A stretch of DNA of 64,000 bases from contig VJWM01000044.1 of NCBI GenBank assembly GCA_010909165.1, forward strand, positions 124,001 to 188,000, read 5' to 3'. Shown here piece after piece: positions 50,101-62,039 of the stretch. How positions within the stretch are numbered: position 1 is the first letter of the stretch; each line of letters starts with the position of its first letter. The position numbers were made by a program, and so were the translations under genes. This DNA comes from Anthoceros angustus (Eukaryota > Plantae > Anthocerotophyta). The notes beneath the pieces were generated by a model. It saw only the letters and a list, made by a program, of their open reading frames with translations, searched no databases and was not told the DNA's origin.

Positions 50101-52150
50101 CACTCCGTAACTCAACTCAACCCACCGAACCTTCCCACAAATCTCCATTCATGGTATCCTTAAACACCGTTTAAGGTTCGTGACGAAACGGAGTTTAACG
50201 ACGTTCTTGCGTCGATCATACCCGCGCCGCCCGCTGCTGCCGCCCGCCGCCCGCCTGCCGCCCGCCCGCCTGCCGCCCGCCCGCCCACGCCGCCCGCCTG
50301 CCGCCCGCCTCCTCACCGCCTCCTCCATCAAGGTGGTAGGAAGATATGCCGATATATACCGAGATATATGCCGATATAAACCGAGATATATCTAAATATA
50401 CATAGTTATATAGTTCAAGAATAATTATTTATAATTATAATAAAAACAATTTAATTTCAAGACTTTAAATAAATTTTAGAATATTAAAATAAAGAGACAA
50501 AAGCAAAAGTTCACAACAAACTCTATTAAAACTTCAATCATGATGTAAGAGTCATTCTTCACGTAGTAGTATATTTATACTGTATGTAATAAAAGTGATA
50601 TATGTATTTATGGACAAAGATTCTCATATTTAAACTCGCTTGATTATAGCATACAGTACTCAATAGAGCGTGCAGGATAGAGTACAAACTGGTTGAATGA
50701 AAATATATTGACATCAAAGGAGAATGATAAGTTTAAAAAAAAAAAAGAGTAGAAGGTGTAGATGGCGGATGATAACTTAGTGTTCTCAAACAACATGAAG
50801 ATTGTGCATAGATCAGAAGATAGGATAAGTTTGACACGGAGACTATTCTATAAACCATTGCAAGAATGCCTTAAGAATGCAAGAATGCCTTAAGAACGCA
50901 AGAATGCCTTAAGAAAGTATTGTCTCGTGATGGATAAGAATGAGTGGGATAGGATGTTGTCTTTCTTGCAATGGTTTATAGACCGAGTAGGCAAACATCC
51001 TTGGGAAGGGATTCGTGTCATTCTACCTAGCTAAGCTTTACAACTTACCTCGAGCGGACTTCATCATGTTGGGTCCGCGGAACTCATGAACCTAGGCGTA
51101 TGCCACTCAGTAACTCAACTCAACCCCACAACCTTCCCACAAATCTCCATTCATGGTATCCTTAAACACCGTTTAAGGTTCGCGACCGGAGTTTAACGAC
51201 GCGTTCTGGCCTTTCGACTCGGCGCCCATCCCTCCTCAACTCCGCCTGGCGTAGCAACTCCAACGTAACGCTCAGGCCGCAATGCCTTCCTTCTCTCTTG
51301 TCCACGCACAACTAGTATCCGGGACACCAACACATCGGCGTATTTACACCGGACCATCTTTGCTCCTTCTAGTTGCTTCGCGTTCCGTGAGGTAGTGACT
51401 TCCCAACCTTCACCCCCACGACCTCCGCCCTAGCAGCCTTCAGGGATGGTTTCCACCCGGAGGGATCGCCCCAAGCACTTCCTGATCCTTTCCGACTGCT
51501 TCACGTTCCGTGAGGTAGTGACTTCGCAGCCTGCAACCCCACGGCCTCCGTTCCAGCAGCCCCCAAGGGTGGTCTCGCGCCGAGAGATCCCTCTCAAGCA
51601 CCACCTGCGCATAGGTCCGACCCTAGTCTGCACCCACCAAGCGTGTTAGAGGAGCTCATCACCAGAGCTCTCTCCCCTTTACCACCAATTAGTCTTGCAA
51701 GGTGACGCAAGATCACACTCCGCTCCTCGAGCACCAGCGGGCAAGAGCACACGGAGCGCGTGGCTGGCACAAGGGATAGCCCTCCCCTCCCTCACCCTCC
51801 CCGCCACCCTAGTCTTGGGCGCCAGGCCTCCTTATATCCCCCCATACCCTAATCTAACCCTATAGGTATATACCTTGACCCTATGTCGTTGCATCCACCA
51901 GGCTGTAACTCATCAATCCGCCGGACTTCTCCCTCCGACGTACCCTCTTCGAGTAGCAAGCCCGTTTTGGACTACGCTGCGCGGCCGGGCCAATTCCGTC
52001 GAATGCTGCGCGGACGGACCTCTCCGTCGAACGCCGCCCAGATGGACCACTCTGTCGGACGCCGCGCGTACAGACAAACTCCATCGAAAACGGACCACTC
52101 CGTCAAACGCCGCCCGAACGGACCAACTCCGTCACTCACCGGACCTCTCC
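47191..52150 (+). repeat. Triplicated unit (LTR-like or TE fragment): copies at about 47191-48830, 49334-50220 (truncated) and 50338-52150
   Basis: Each starts aggaagatatgccgatatataccgag; copies are near-identical apart from small indels; each has a 20-bp inverted repeat (47700-47719/47816-47835), a ca|tggtatc PBS-like site (48012) and the hairpin ccttaaac-acc-gtttaagg. Confidence 0.9.
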
Positions 52151-52415
52151 GGCCCCCAACAGACCGGTCTAAGGATCGCACACTACGTGCAATCTGGCCA
52201 AAAATGGCCTTATTGGCTAACTCCCCTATCCCTATTAAAAATAACAACTCGAAAAAAAACAAAACAGGTCTAAAACAAGTCGCCGAGGGTATGGCCATCG
52301 GATTTGGCACTCTACAACATGTTTGGAACACATGAAAAATTGTGCCCCATGCCATTTACCACATTTGAACCCGACAATTGATTTGTAGGCATTTGTACTC
52401 AGAAAGGGATTTGCT

Positions 52416-52550
52416 TGTACAAGGTATGGAGACCCTAGTAATGATCATTGTATGTTATTCTGTGATAGGTGCAACGATGGTTGACATATTTATTGCCTGG
52501 AACCTCAATTGGATGCAGTGCTCGGTGGGCAACGGTTTTGTCCAACGTGT
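52416..52550 (+). pseudogene. PHD-finger relic
   Basis: The frame from 52416 reads CTRYGDPSNDHCMLFCDRCNDG*HIYCLEPQLDAVLGGQRFCPTC, a C4HC3 pattern with one Cys changed to Tyr and TGA at 52482 where Trp is usual; not in the ORF track. Confidence 0.85.
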
Positions 52551-52580
52551 AATACAATTGATAAAATGTACTGAAAGAGT

Positions 52581-52855
52581 TTGAAGGTGGATGTAATGTT
52601 GTGCGGAGAATTTTATTACCCTATCTTTTCAACGAAAGTTGGTAAGATGAGATGAAAGAATTTGAAGGTGAATGTAATGTTGTGTGGAGAATTTTGTTAG
52701 TCTGTATTTTCAACGAAAGTTGGTAAGATGAGATAAAAGAATTTGACGGTGGATGTAATGTTGTGTGAAAAATTTTGTTCATTTATCTTTTCAGCAAAAG
52801 TTGCTAAAATAAAATGAAAGAATTTGAAGCAAATTGTAATATTGTGTGGAGAAGA
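52581..52855 (+). repeat. About 81-bp tandem repeat, about 3.4 copies
   Basis: ttgaaggtggatgtaatgttgtg..gagaatttt..tcttttcaacgaaagttggtaagatgagatgaaagaat at 52581, about 52662, about 52742, and partial at about 52822. Confidence 0.9.
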
Positions 52856-53203
52856 GTCGATGTTGTGAGCCAGCATCAAGAGTCGATGATGATGAGTAGC
52901 CTTGATGCGTACGATAGGAAGGAAGCGCTCAAGAGAAAGCATCAATTGTGCACTTATAAGAATATACGCCTATATCAATGTAGGAGCAAGGGTTTTCTTG
53001 AAGCGCAGAGCAATCTTAGGTAGTGTGGGGAGGCACCAACATCATGGTGGGAAAAAGGAAGAGCATCGTGGTAAAGATAGGTGCAAAGGATCGCAAACAA
53101 ACGAAGGCTAAATTGGTCGGGATGATGAGGGAGAGCAACTTGACGAAGAGATCAACGCAAACAAGGACTCTATTGAGTCAAAATCAATTATGGTCAACAA
53201 TTA

Positions 53204-54400
53204 TGGAGACAGTTTCAAAGAAAAGGATAGATTCAATGGCAAGGACTATGACGTCTGGCGCTTGTGAATGAGAGGAGTTTTGCGCAACCGCGACTTATGG
53301 GACATCATCAGCGGAGCTTTAGAGCGTCCAGTATGGGTTGCTGATGAAAAACGTACCTGGGATGCGAATGATGAGAGAGCCCAAGATATGATTATCATCG
53401 GCCTCTCCCAACATATGGTAAGGCAAATTAGCGAAGCAACTCGCCCTGACATATCTTTTGAAATCAGTGCTTGTTCACAATTCCTGGAGAATCCTGAACG
53501 TGAACATTGGACATCTGTTAGACGCATATTTAGGTACCTCAAGGGTACAATGAATACAGGATTGATTTATCAACATACACCAGGCATAAATGAACTAATG
53601 TTGACAGCATATGCTAATGCTGATTATGCTGGCGATCCCGACACTCGGAAATCCGTTTTTGGTTACATACTTCTGCTATGCAAAGCTCCCATATCATGGT
53701 CAAGGAAGAAACAACCTACCATTACCTTGTCAAGCACTGAGTCAAAGTATAGAGTACTAACCTCAGTTGCCAAGGATATTGTATGGAGTAGGTTAGCCTT
53801 GGGTGAGATTAATCACCCACAAGACAAACCTACACTACTATTTAGTGACAGTCAGGGAGCCTTAGCATTAGCCAAAAATCCTGTTTTCCATTAAAATTAA
53901 GCACATAGTTGTTGAATACCACTACGTTAGAGGAATGTTGGAAAATAAAATCATAGATATTAATTATATCCAAACTCAAGAAAATGCAGCTGATTGATTA
54001 ACTAAGTCCCTTGGTAGGGAATTACATAGTAAACACATAAAAAGTCTAGGTATTTTGGATACGAAGTCCAATCTATGTAGCTTGACCTAGAAAATCAGCA
54101 ACTTAATGGGCAAGTTAAGTCAGCCTTATTTCCTTAAGCCCATTTCTTAACTACACATTCCATTTCCTCCTCAATCTCTAAATAGTCTTCATAATATTTC
54201 CCAGCATCCTCGCAAAGAGCCCAAGTAGAATCTAAATCATAGTGTAAAGGATCAAATAAATATTTATATTTATTAAATAATAAATAGTTAACAAACATTT
54301 TAAGTTAGTTAGGGCACTCACTATAAATGTGCTTAGTGTGTCCCTTGAATTCTTCACGTGGAACGCATCCTAGCCACACCATGTGGACTCCGGTGTTTTG
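53204..54400 (+). mobile_element. Internally deleted copia: gag N-terminus fused in frame to RT C-terminus/RNase H, then an LTR-like segment
   Basis: DRFNGKDYDVWRL*MRGVLRNRDLW..QHMVRQISEA|TRPDISF..HWTSVRRIFRYLKG..YANADYAGD..STESKY..KNPVFH; degenerate PPT at about 54105 followed by gttaag. Confidence 0.9.
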
Positions 54401-56572
54401 GCATACATATTCAACTGGAGGGTAAGAAGCTGCATAATGTCCAAGGTGTGCACATTATGTAAGTAGTATTTGTTAATCCACCCTCAGGCATGCAGCTGCT
54501 AGGTATATCATATCCTTGCCTCCTACTTTTGTGGTATAAATATTTTTAGATTCTCTGTACCTACTCACTTGTCATTCTGCAGGTCCTTATACTAGTTAGT
54601 GGTTAGCAACCACATCTATTCATATAAAAGGTCATATCCTAAACTAACCCATATGGATGTCTTCAGCTACCTTTGCTTTCCCTTTCTTGTCTCTTGCCAC
54701 CTCTTTCATAGCCTCTAGCCTGCCATACTTCAGGTCTGCTAGCATACCATCTGTTGTTAGTTCACTACAACATATGACATCAAGCAAGTTGTTCTTGAGT
54801 GCTACCTTGAGAAAATTTGTGGAAGCACATGTCTTTGATTGGATCATCTTGGAGTCCAACCCGCAAGCAGTGTGCTCTCCAGCTAGGACTGCCCTCGCAG
54901 TACAGGTCGGAATCTAGTGATTGCAGACATGGTGAGTCATATGTGTCTTCCTTAGGACTCTGGATATTTGATAAATTCTCTTCAAAGACATCTGCATCAA
55001 ATTCAGTGAACATGGCTGTTGGTAGCATATTCAGCAAGCACGGAATTGAGTAAGCATGGGCGCAGCTTTAATCTCTCCCCTTTCCAGGCATACAGGCTCG
55101 GTGGGCGTGGGTGCTCCGACTCTGAGCTTAGTCGATCGACCGGCTATGGCGGACGGGGCAGCAAATTTGAGAGCGCCCTCATGATGTGCAGCAGCCCCGA
55201 TGAAGGAAAAGCGGTTGCGCTCATCCCTGGACTGCGTGACCACCCAATTGCTGGAGCGAGATGGCGGATGCCTGAGGCGCATGTGACACATGGTTCTAAG
55301 GACCCCCTGCCTTCTTGTCCTTCTTCAAGAAGATGCTTTCTGATAGGTTTTGGATGCGGGATAGATGGTGATGGCTTGGCAACCGTATGTCCCGCGTATG
55401 GGACACATGGACAGAGGTCCAGGTCCTACGCAGTGCGTGATGAAAATCACGCACACACACTTGCAAAAGAGCTTGTTGCATTCCATTGATATTAGAAAGT
55501 ACAAGAGTGTTTATATAGAGGAGGTGGTTAAGGGTGGTTGTAACCATAAGTGCTTGTAACAAATATAACCAATATAACAACTAACTACATAAGGAAAGTA
55601 CTTAGTGCCCTAGGAATCAATTAATCATTAAGTCTAGGTGCCCTAGTGAATAGTGCCATAAACTAAAGTCATTTTATCACTCCCACTCACTATGAACTGA
55701 GGGTGAATTAATAAGGTAGTTTTCTACCTTAAAAGGAAGCCAAAATAGACTAATCTATAAAAACTAGTCCTTAGATGAAAATAACTTGAAAGCATTAAAA
55801 TAAACTTAAGCAGACAATTTTAAAAAAGGATTTAAAATAAGGAAAATTGAGAGTAATTCCCGCTCGGATCCCAACACAACACCGCCCACAACGCGACTGC
55901 AACGCCCACCCCTAAACCCCTTCCATGCCCCCCCTCCGCAAGCACCTTGTCCACCGCACCGCGCCCTTCTCCACACCCTCTACACCCGCGGCCTCCTTAG
56001 CACCCGTTGCACACTCTCCGCACCCCTCCGACCACCGGTGCTCAGCTGGCTAGACAAGGAGGAAACCCCTATTGACGCTTATACATGTCTGTCCATTTGG
56101 CATAAGGAGCAAACCCCTATTGACAGTGACTATCGAAAAGGTCCGAAGACAAATCACAAATTAGAGTTTATTTTGTAAGTTATTTATATCAAATTACAAT
56201 TTATTTTGTAAGTTATTTATAGTTTGTCCAAATGGCTTAGGCTAAATGGACACACATTTGTAGGAATGCCGCTGCTAAGCATCCTGCACTTAGATCGGGA
56301 CGTAGATGGGGTGCTACATGGAGTGGATGTTAAACGTCTTATACTTACATCGGTACTTAGATGGGGTGCTTGGAGGGAGTGGAGGCCCTTGGTGTCGGTA
56401 TTTACATAGCATGCCGATATCATCTTCATTGAGCTTGTAGTTTAGGAGATACAATAGGTTCCTCCACAGAGTGACAAAAAGTGACACTTTTAAGATGTTA
56501 TATGCATTACTACTATAAGTGGTGCACCCATCTATACACTTGGTGCAAGTAGGGCACACCATGGAATAACTT

Positions 56573-56645
56573 ATTAAGACCAAGTCCTTGCTCCTTAAAC
56601 TTGTTAAGACCAATTCCTTGCTCCTTAAACTTGTTAAGACCAAGA
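56573..56645 (+). repeat. 31-bp tandem repeat, about 2.3 copies
   Basis: ttaagaccaa(g/t)tccttgctccttaaacttg repeated. Confidence 0.85.
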
Positions 56646-56897
56646 AATTTCGTGTACTATACTAGAACAATTTCTTTCGTTGCAGTGTCTATTTTGTTCC
56701 AATCTTTCATCCCAGTGTACTATACTAGAATTATTATTCCTTTTTTAATGTAAGTAGCTTAAGCACACCATGATACAAGTGGTTAAGTACTAAGTCCCAT
56801 GTTCCGTCTAAGTAGATTATAATGGCCGAAGACTTTTCTTCAATATAGAGTTTACATTATGTTTATAAAATTAACTTGAACCGTTATTGTCACGCAT

Positions 56898-56969
56898 GGT
56901 CTTATAGTCTAGTGGTTAGGACACTGGACTCTGAATCCAGTAGCCCGAGTTCAAATCTCGGTAGGACCT
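56898..56969 (+). tRNA. trnQ-CUG: tRNA-Gln, anticodon CTG
   Basis: 72-nt cloverleaf: acceptor GGTCTTA/TAGGACC, D arm with the A-box TAGTCTAGTGG, anticodon stem CTGGA-CTCTGAA-TCCAG, T arm CCGAG-TTCAAAT-CTCGG; TATA-like tttataaaa about 30 nt upstream. Confidence 0.97.
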
Positions 56970-56996
56970 ATTTGATCTCGGGGCCGCGACTCTTCC

Positions 56997-57008
56997 CTTT
57001 TTATTTTT
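56997..57008 (+). terminator. Pol III oligo-T terminator of tRNA-Gln
   Basis: ctttttatttttt about 28 nt after the tRNA. Confidence 0.75.
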
Positions 57009-58049
57009 TAACACACTATCGGAGACCGCGTTCGTGACTTGATGCCAAGGGTCACGGCGATTATCGCTTGATAAGCAACAAACGATGGGTGTCCGGGGCA
57101 CACACCAGCAGTTACAAGACCGAGGGGTTGGAAAGGTCTGGCAAATCCAACGAGATACTGGGTCAACAGGGTCCTGTTTCGGCTCAAGCGGCGGACCACC
57201 TTGGAGCTGTTGAGCGGCGGTGACGGAGCCGTCATTCTGATGCCGTGCTCAGCGCACCCAGGTGCGATGAAAGCGGCTCCGACAACACCACAAGCAACAT
57301 TGCAAGCACGTGTGCAGACATAACCAGCAACGTCGTATCCATGCCTCAGGCATTTTACGCGGCTCCGTTCAGGAACGTCCAGCAAAATTGATGCATCCTG
57401 GTGTCTTGGCACTCAAACTCTCAAGCGGCATCCCGCTTGCAACATCCAGGCGCAACGCATATCCCGGCTTCCAGGCAACAAGTCTCAGCCATCCACCAGT
57501 TGCGACGCGTCGTCCCAGGCAACTTACGTCACGGACATCCCGGGCAGCCATGAACACGAGCATCGCAAGACCAGGCACATGTCAGGGGCTGCTTCACGTG
57601 ACCAGCCATACCTTGAGGCCCAATTGTTCAGTGAAAAAGCAACATACGATCGTTCCTATGGAGGTGATGTGCTCTGAAATTCCTGGGGATCACTATCAAC
57701 GCATTCCCGTGATCTGTCAAGAGAGATGTTCAGCCATTGCACCTTCGACAAGACTTTCCCCATTTTGACGAGGTCGGCCCGCGCCAGAACTAATTTTCTT
57801 CCATCCCTCCATCCCTCTCGATCTTTCCTTCCCTCACTGCGTTTTTCGCCCTATACCAAATTTGGCTTTATGGGAATGTTCGTGTTCCAATGTAATCCAG
57901 ACCAAAAAATCTTTCTCGATGTCCCTCAGGAAGCCAGGTAAATTGATAATCTTAAAACCAAAATAAGATGCCATCATATGTTTACCCTATTCCGTATTCC
58001 TATGGTTAATGAAAGTAATTTGTAGTATAGAAGTTTCGTGTTTAAGGTG

Positions 58050-59250
58050 CTCTCAAAAAGGTAGTGGTTTGTTGTTGAAGGGACTCAAGCTTTTCCAGCG
58101 AATGGTACTGCTGCTCGGCAAGCTGAATGCGAAAAAAAAAATTCAAAAGCTTACTTGTTGTTTACTTGTTTTGTTGATAATAGGTGTATTAGTCAAATAA
58201 TGCAAAAGAATGCGTTTGCTGAGATCTGGGAAGTTTTGCAATCAACTTATGATCAACAGGGTTTGAAACATCGACAAACTCAATTTGTTTAGCTCGCTAA
58301 TCTTAAGATGAGTTCTTAACAACCGATTAAAGATTTTATTGATGAATTCTATCATATTGTTATTGATCTTGATCTTGTCCAATTGTGGCTATTGATATGT
58401 AAATATATTATTTTTTTGAGGTATTATCAACTTCACATGCTTTCAAATTATCTTTTAATAATAAATATCTTCCATTGACAATTGGAGCGTTGTAAGAAAA
58501 TTTGTTATCGAAGGGTTAACACGGCAAAAAGTGAGGGCTGCCGATGGAGTTGATAATACCCTAATAGGTTATCAAAATAAGCGTCAACACGTTGCTCGCT
58601 CTGATAATTGGCCGAGGTCGTCAGGGAATGAGAGCTCTTCCATATCTACCTCGTTCTTGCTCACAACTGTCTCCAATTTTTATTGGGGTTCGGATTCTAG
58701 GTGGAGTATCTCGTCCTCCTCTTATTTGTTTTAATTGTCATCCACATGGACATAAAGCTCGATTTTGTCAGTTTCCTCGAATTTCTGTTTTGCCACATAA
58801 TGATGAACTCGGGTCTATTGTTCCGTCTTCATCTTTATGATCTACAGAACTTTATTTGCTTGCACTGTTAAGTGCTGCTGCGCTGGTGGTGCAGAGAGTG
58901 AATGATATATTCATTCTGGAGCTTCTCAACATATGACTGGTAGGCGAAATTGGTTTTCTAATTGCGGGAGCCATCAGTAGCATCTTTGGAGATTGCGAAG
59001 GATGAAGAGGAGGCTGGATATTTTGACAACTAGATCTCCAACTTTCAAAAATACCATCGTTTTAATGTCCCTTTTTCAAATATCGATGATATGGTGTACC
59101 GATCTGCTGAAGAGAATTTCTTGTAGCGTTCTTTTTGTCCCTCTTACAGCACTGGCATGGGTACTTGGCATTGGTTGCACTCGTCCCCGAACACTGGCAA
59201 GTTATTCTCTCGTAGCGACCCGATTAATAAAGGGACAAGAATGAAACAAA
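58050..59250 (+). mobile_element. Decayed copia gag-protease fragment
   Basis: FAEIWEVLQSTYDQQG, IKDFIDEF, zinc knuckle CFNCHPHGHKARFC, protease HSGASQHMTG; stops. Confidence 0.8.
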
Positions 59251-59350
59251 TGCCAGTGTTTGGATACGAGTGCGCGGAGTTCCATGTTCATCTGTCGGTT
59301 TGCAATCTAGCTGCCAGTACTATTTACTAGTACATAGATATCTTCTTCTC

Positions 59351-59830
59351 GTTAGAAGTGATTTATTACAACATATCAAAATATGTTATGAAGAGTGCCC
59401 TAAAAGCAGGTTATGAAGAGTGCCCTAAAAATAACAAACTTGAAAGGCATGCATCTTCTAGAAAGTATCTTCTAGCAAGCCCAAAAGTAAAGGGCAAGTA
59501 AAGTGACAGTAGGATTCAAGGTCAAGTGACCAATAGGATTCAAGGTCAAGTAATCAATTATAGGATTCAAGGTCAAGTGACCAATAGGATTCAAGGCTAG
59601 GACTATATAAGGCCAAGCCCACCTACATGTGGGGTGTGATGTGTGCAAGTGTTCTTATGTGCTAGTGTCTAGTGCGCCTAGTGCATATAACTCATATTGT
59701 ATGGGAGTGTTGTGTTCCCTCTCTATAAACCCTCAGCTCTTCTCCTAATGTAGTGCAGAGCCAGGTTCAAGAGCTTGGTAATGTCCTCATTCCACTAGTA
59801 TGTGAAAACTTGAGTTAAGTCCTATTGAAC
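59351..59830 (+). mobile_element. Copia LTR (left copy)
   Basis: gttagaagtgatttattacaac...ttgaaca; internal 24-bp repeats (aggattcaaggtcaag), TATA ctatataagg; matches 62997-63360. Confidence 0.88.
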
Positions 59831-59950
59831 ATTTCTTAGCCTTGTACTAGTGAGAACTTAACTGGAAGTAAAAAGGTCTTGATAGTAGTCCTTGCAGTGC
59901 ATGCGAGCGAGGTGATTTGGTCTTCAAGATCAATTGAAGGCACCGCCATT

Positions 59951-60789
59951 TTGAAGGCCAACACAAATTGCTTGTATGCGGATATGGTAGACTACTCAGC
60001 AACACCACGATAACCTTTCTTTCAGAAGGTTTGATGTCCGCTGCTTTCATTTGATCCACCAAGTTCTTCAACTTGACGTGTTGTTGAATGGTGTCACCCT
60101 CGACCATCTCGAAGCTGGCAAATTGTTACTCCAACAACATCTCATTCACCAAGCTCTTCTTCTCATACGTGTTGCAGAGGGTCGTCCACGCCGCTTTTGA
60201 TGTTGCACACTCACTCAATTGAGAGAGTTTGTCATTGGATACATCGAGGAGAATTGTCGCCAACGCTCGTCCATCTTTCTCATTGTCCACTTCGGTGGGT
60301 GTTTCTCCGAGGCCATTGTCAACGAACTTCCATAGTCCTCGGTTGATGAGAAGCATCTTCAGCTTCAACTTCCACAATGTGACGTTTGTGCCTTCAAACT
60401 TCTCCACTAGACGTGAGTTCATGCTTGATGACGCCATGCTTAATTCAATGTGTCCAAGCGACAAACCACCAATGTTAGATGAGGTGGTTGGGTTGCTCCT
60501 ACAAAAGGAGCTGGAGAATTCCTTCAAGAAAGAAGAGAATGGAGACTCGGTGCTCTTCTCAAAGAAGGGAACAACACGTGGGAAGACTTCACAAGCCAAC
60601 TCTGAAGAAGGATCGAAGGAGAAAGGTGCGAAGAAAAAGGTGTGGGGTACTTGCCATTATTGCAAAAAGCCTAACCACTATCCCAAGGATTGTAGGACAA
60701 GGTTGGCTGACTTGAAGAAGAAGGGAAAGAAGTCACAGGCCAATCAAGTGAGTAAGAAGGAAGAACATCTTTTCGTTGTCTCAAAGTGA
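59951..60789. mobile_element. Copia gag with an inverted N-terminal segment (59951-60446 on -, C-terminal part on +)
   Basis: On -: MASSSMNSRLVEKFEGTNVTLWKLKLKMLL..; on +: MCPSDKPPMLDEVV..CHYCKKPNHYPKDC. Confidence 0.9.
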
Positions 60790-62030
60790 GTCCATCCATG
60801 AAAATCCTCTCCCATTGAGCTTCTTTGGCGGAGTCTGTCAAAGCCTTATATTCCGCCTCGGTAGACAATAGGGCTACAGAAACCTATTTCTTGGAGCTCC
60901 AGTTGATGGCAACATTCGAGAGGAGGAAACAATATGCAAAGATGCTGCGGCGACTTTCAGGGTCTGTGGCCCAATCAGCATCTGCATTCCCTTGTAAAGT
61001 GAGTTCAGACCCTGTTCCTGAGAAGCAAAGTCCATGATGCATCGTCCCTTTCAGGTATCGTAGAACCCTCTTAACGGCTGACCAATGCTCCTTCTTAGCT
61101 TGATTATCATACAATCGTCTGATAAGATGGGTCTTGGCAATGGCACTCTTGGAGGTCTATGACGCGCACAGTATTCAATTTGCTATCTTGAAAATTGGCT
61201 GGGAGATGCTGGGACTTCTGTCTGGAAAAGATTCAGTCGATTCCTGGGTTTCTGTACAGGAAAGCGGCCAGCCGCAAGGTTTGAATGCGGGGCCTCGTTG
61301 AAGTATTCTGCGTAAGGAATTGTGCCCAGACAGGTCTCATCGTCTGCACCACCACATTAGCCTAGTCTAGATAAGAAGAAGAAAGTAGAGCTATAGTCAT
61401 GAAATATGCTCTTTTCTCAAGACTAGCCTACATCTTCTGCTGTGCTATCTACAAAGTGCTGGCATCAACAGCAGCTGGATTCTACAACTTGAACCAAAAT
61501 CTTTAAGATGCCAAGACGAAGTTCTGGCAGGAAATCTCGTTCCAGGAGTCAGACTCGATTCCATGGTTAATGGATACAGGGTGTTGCGCCCTATTACAGG
61601 TCCTACCGCCAGTGCTTCAGCACCTAGTTGTGCAAAATTAGTTTTCTATTCTGTAGATGGTAGGAAGATCATGAGTAGGTATTCAGAGAACCATTTGAAA
61701 AAGATTTCTTAGATTCTGTGCTGCACCTCGTGCTACCAACAACATCGTAGGTCTAAATTGCATATATACAAAGCCAGTGCTCTGATACCATATTAATTTC
61801 AAGAGGTTGGAAGCGGGAGCAGCGTGATAGCCAGCTTACAAAGAATACTGAATATATTTAACAATGAGAAAAAACACTCATATACAAAACTTGTGTCGGT
61901 TCACTTAAAAACAAATCACTAAAGACTAAATGACTTTTCACATATACATAACCTAACCCTAACTAACTGTGCTTGATCTTATCCATATAAATAACCAGGG
62001 AGTAAATTTATCCAAACAGGAAATCACTCC
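60790..62030 (-). mobile_element. Second copia fragment on -: LTR-like segment, PBS, leader and RT-end/RNase H
   Basis: Perfect PBS tggtatcagagc (gctctgatacca on + at about 61778-61789); HWSAVKRVLRYLKG, ADADWATD and STEAEYKAL at 61114-60790. Confidence 0.85.
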
Positions 62031-62039
62031 TCTACCCTA

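Noticed and set aside
54644-55580. Short ORFs downstream of a TATA-like ctatataaac on -
   Set aside because: Stops in all frames and no recognisable family; cannot be supported as a gene
57726-57800. FPILTRSAR resembling a hAT dimerisation motif
   Set aside because: The following IPASS/ERxFS motif is absent
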